Shown here piece by piece: positions 62,199-64,000 of a stretch of 64,000 nucleotides of DNA. The notes below the pieces were generated by a model. The model was not told where the DNA came from and did no database searches. It was given only the letters and a program-made list of their open reading frames with translations. Source of the DNA: Eubacteriales bacterium (GTDB lineage: Bacteria > Bacillota > Clostridia > Lachnospirales > Lachnospiraceae); the NCBI GenBank assembly GCA_030539395.1, contig JAUNSC010000012.1, positions 10,390 to 74,389 on the forward strand. Direction: 5' to 3'. Each line of letters opens with the position of its first letter. Position 1 is the first letter of the stretch. Both the position numbers and the translations under genes were made by a program.

Positions 62199-62633
62199 TC
62201 ACCTCCTGCCGGGCATCTCACGTTCTTCTTCTGCCCGGTATTCTTTCTCCAAATTGCGAAGCATCTCTCTATATTCATACAAATCCTGCTTTGCCCTTGC
62301 ATACCTTACTGTCTGAACAATATAAGTAATCAGCAAAAACAGACACATCACCGCTGCATATAAAAATAGTATCCGCGCTCCCAGTGCTTTTACATCTATT
62401 TTTGTGATATCAACAATCAATGTTTCTGCATTATATAATCCCCATCCGGCAAGCGCCAGTAAAAATGCCGCTGTGATACGAAAACCATTCTTTATCATAA
62501 CTCTTCCGATATAATCACTCCGGAAAGATTTCTGTACACCCTCCAGCTGTTTTTCATGATTTTTCTCAAAAACAGCGAGCTGTGTCATAAGATATATCCG
62601 CTTCTCATTAATCATAAAAATACCTCTCCGCAT
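62199..62633 (-). CDS. Small two-TM membrane protein of unknown function
   Basis: 144 aa with two hydrophobic helices flanked by charged helical segments. Confidence 0.45.
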   Translation of the reverse strand: MRRGIFMINEKRIYLMTQLAVFEKNHEKQLEGVQKSFRSDYIGRVMIKNGFRITAAFLLALAGWGLYNAETLIVDITKIDVKALGARILFLYAAVMCLFLLITYIVQTVRYARAKQDLYEYREMLRNLEKEYRAEEEREMPGRR

Positions 62634-62651
62634 TTTAGTATAGCACAGAAA

Positions 62652-63371
62652 TTATTCCGTAACAATACAAATAGTCACAAAATAAACTGCTTCTGCACCA
62701 TGCTCCAGGAGGGTTTTCGCTGCTTCATCCAGCGTACTTCCCGTTGTATAGACATCATCTACCAGAACTGCTCTTTTCCATGGAAGCCGCCCCTTTTCAT
62801 CCAAAAATTTTTTATCTATATCAAAGGCACCCTTTAGATTTTGCCTTCTCTGGCGGTAGTCCATTTCTTTTTGATTCGCTGTATGACGTATTTTGCAGAG
62901 AGCTCTTGTACACACAGGCAGATCCAATTCCTCTCCCAGCTTTTCAGCCAGTATCTCCGCCTGATTATATCCCCGCATTTTGCGGGCTTTTATATGCATC
63001 GGTATCGGAATCAGTACCTGAGGATTCCAACTCTGGATCTCTTTTTGAAATTTTTCCGCCATGTCCTGTGAAAAATACTCTAAATATTCCCTTTTATTCT
63101 GGTATTTTACAGCATAGACTGATTCCCGGACTTCTTTTTCGTAAGGATACAGTGCCCGCCCCTGACAAAAATAGTGGTTGTGCTTCCGGCAATCATCGCA
63201 TAACTCTTCGTCCTCCCGTTTTAACGGCCTGCCGCACCGATAACAGAAAGGGTGCTCAATCTGTATCACCTTCTTCCGGCATTTCTCGCAGGTACCGTCA
63301 GAGATACTTCCGCAAAACGGACACCTCCTTGGAAATAACAAATCCAGCAGTATTTCTAAAAGTCTTACCAC
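62652..63371 (-). CDS. comFC: ComF family protein (ComFC-like, phosphoribosyltransferase fold with N-terminal zinc-finger)
   Basis: 239 aa; CPFCGS..CEKC plus CYRCGRP..CDDC cysteine pairs and the PRTase motif VLVDDVYTTGSTL. The GTG start overlaps the recD2 stop. Confidence 0.85.
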   Translation of the reverse strand: MVRLLEILLDLLFPRRCPFCGSISDGTCEKCRKKVIQIEHPFCYRCGRPLKREDEELCDDCRKHNHYFCQGRALYPYEKEVRESVYAVKYQNKREYLEYFSQDMAEKFQKEIQSWNPQVLIPIPMHIKARKMRGYNQAEILAEKLGEELDLPVCTRALCKIRHTANQKEMDYRQRRQNLKGAFDIDKKFLDEKGRLPWKRAVLVDDVYTTGSTLDEAAKTLLEHGAEAVYFVTICIVTE

Positions 63372-64000
63372 TCACAAATCCTTTCACATAATGTTGTATA
63401 TCTCTTTTGCTCAAACTGATTATCCACCATCTGATAGAATACCTGGGCTGATCCCACCAGAGTCACACAGCTTTTTGCCCGTGTCACTGCCGTATACAGT
63501 AGATTCCTGTTCATCAACATTCGCGGACCTGACAAAAGCGGGATCACAACTGCCGGATATTCACTTCCCTGAGATTTGTGAATCGTGATTGCATAGGCCA
63601 GTTCCAGTTCCTCCAGTTGTTTGAAGCTGTAATCCACAAATCTTCCTTCATCAAATTCCACTGTCATCTGCTCTGCATAGTGATTGATTTCTCTGATAAT
63701 CCCCATGTCCCCATTGAAAATGCCGGTTCCACGTTCAACAGGAATCCCGTATTTTCCGCGTATTTCCCATTCTGCCTGATAGTTATTTTTTATCTGCATG
63801 ACCTTATCTCCTTCACGGAAAAGGCCATCCCCATATTCCTTTTCTTTTTTCTGAGGTGACTCAGGGTTCAGATAGCGCTGCAAAATGGTATTCAGCCTTT
63901 CCACCCCAAGAAGCCCTTTTCTCATGGGCGTCAGCACCTGAATATCATATGGAGTTGCATTTACATACCCTGGCATTTTTTCCTGGATCAGTGCAAGGGT
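63365..64000 (-). CDS. recD2: RecD2-type ATP-dependent DNA helicase, C-terminal part (5' end beyond the window)
   Basis: The frame is open to the window end. It carries SH3-like insert motifs (GDKVMQIKNNY, GIFNGDMGII) and helicase motifs V/VI (AYAITIHKSQGSEYPAVV, LLYTAVTRAK). Confidence 0.85.
   Translation of the reverse strand, partial: TLALIQEKMPGYVNATPYDIQVLTPMRKGLLGVERLNTILQRYLNPESPQKKEKEYGDGLFREGDKVMQIKNNYQAEWEIRGKYGIPVERGTGIFNGDMGIIREINHYAEQMTVEFDEGRFVDYSFKQLEELELAYAITIHKSQGSEYPAVVIPLLSGPRMLMNRNLLYTAVTRAKSCVTLVGSAQVFYQMVDNQFEQKRYTTLCERICEW

Noticed and set aside
6020-63391. Many long plus-strand ORFs overlapping minus-strand genes (e.g. 6020-6553 177 aa, 20450-21115 221 aa, 38098-38688 196 aa, 38701-39258 185 aa, 62744-63391 215 aa)
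   Set aside because: Each is antisense to a minus-strand CDS with strong family motifs. They lack SD sequences, have skewed composition (rich in F/L/S/I/C and H/R) and show no recognisable domains. These are typical shadow ORFs in AT-rich coding DNA.
1-64000. Mobile elements, prophage remnants, integrases/transposases, toxin-antitoxin or known phage-defence genes, tRNA/rRNA genes
   Set aside because: Every ORF over 200 aa could be assigned to envelope biosynthesis, housekeeping or unknown membrane proteins. I saw no DDE/tyrosine/serine recombinase motifs, no terminal inverted repeats flanking blocks, and no nuclease/helicase/ATPase combinations typical of defence systems (the only helicase is the housekeeping-type recD2 fragment). 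I also saw no cloverleaf-like tRNA sequence in the few intergenic gaps. This was a by-eye survey; tRNAscan, Infernal and defence-finder runs would be needed for certainty.

Overview
This 64-kb window is a cell-envelope glycopolymer super-locus, coded almost entirely on the minus strand. The protein signatures look Firmicutes/Clostridia-like (Lachnospiraceae-like), but the taxon is inference only.

Three very long, tightly packed minus-strand operons fill most of the window:
1. 22593->915: an ABC-transporter-dependent rhamnan-type wall-polysaccharide operon. It carries rfbB-rfbA-rfbC, Wzm, a Wzt with a C-terminal carbohydrate-binding domain, a SAM methyltransferase, three paralogous dual-GT2 enzymes, a YfhO-type GT-C, a WecE-like aminotransferase, WbbL-like GT2s, a PGT initiating transferase and an LCP ligase.
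2. 42458->23309: a ribitol-phosphate/teichoic-type set (GT2, two TagB/F-family enzymes, tarI, tarJ, TagG/TagH), a GtrB/CsbB-like Und-P glycosyltransferase, rfbD and wecC-wecB (UDP-ManNAcA). It also carries two giant multidomain glycosyltransferases, a membrane O-acyltransferase and a secreted FN3-like protein.
3. 57230->44404: two unknown polytopic membrane proteins, a second PGT, an adenylating-enzyme/MBOAT/SGNH acylation module, ugd and three GT2s.

Only two genes are on the plus strand: a secreted SGNH-esterase/Big_2 protein and an L,D-transpeptidase with cell-wall-binding repeats. The left flank is an htrA fragment. The right flank is HPr-like/cdaR/cdaA, two membrane proteins, comFC and a recD2 fragment. 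By eye I found no rRNA, tRNA, CRISPR array, transposase, integrase or recognisable defence genes.

The best candidates for undescribed biology are:
- A re-wired WbdD/WbbB-like chain-termination and export-gating system: a kinase-like domain fused to a dual-GT2 polymerase, a stand-alone methyltransferase, and a CBM-bearing Wzt.
- A DltA-like adenylase + MBOAT + SGNH module with no carrier protein.
- FN3-repeat and repeat-coiled-coil giant glycosyltransferases.

All functional calls come from motif recognition by eye in the translations. No database search was run.
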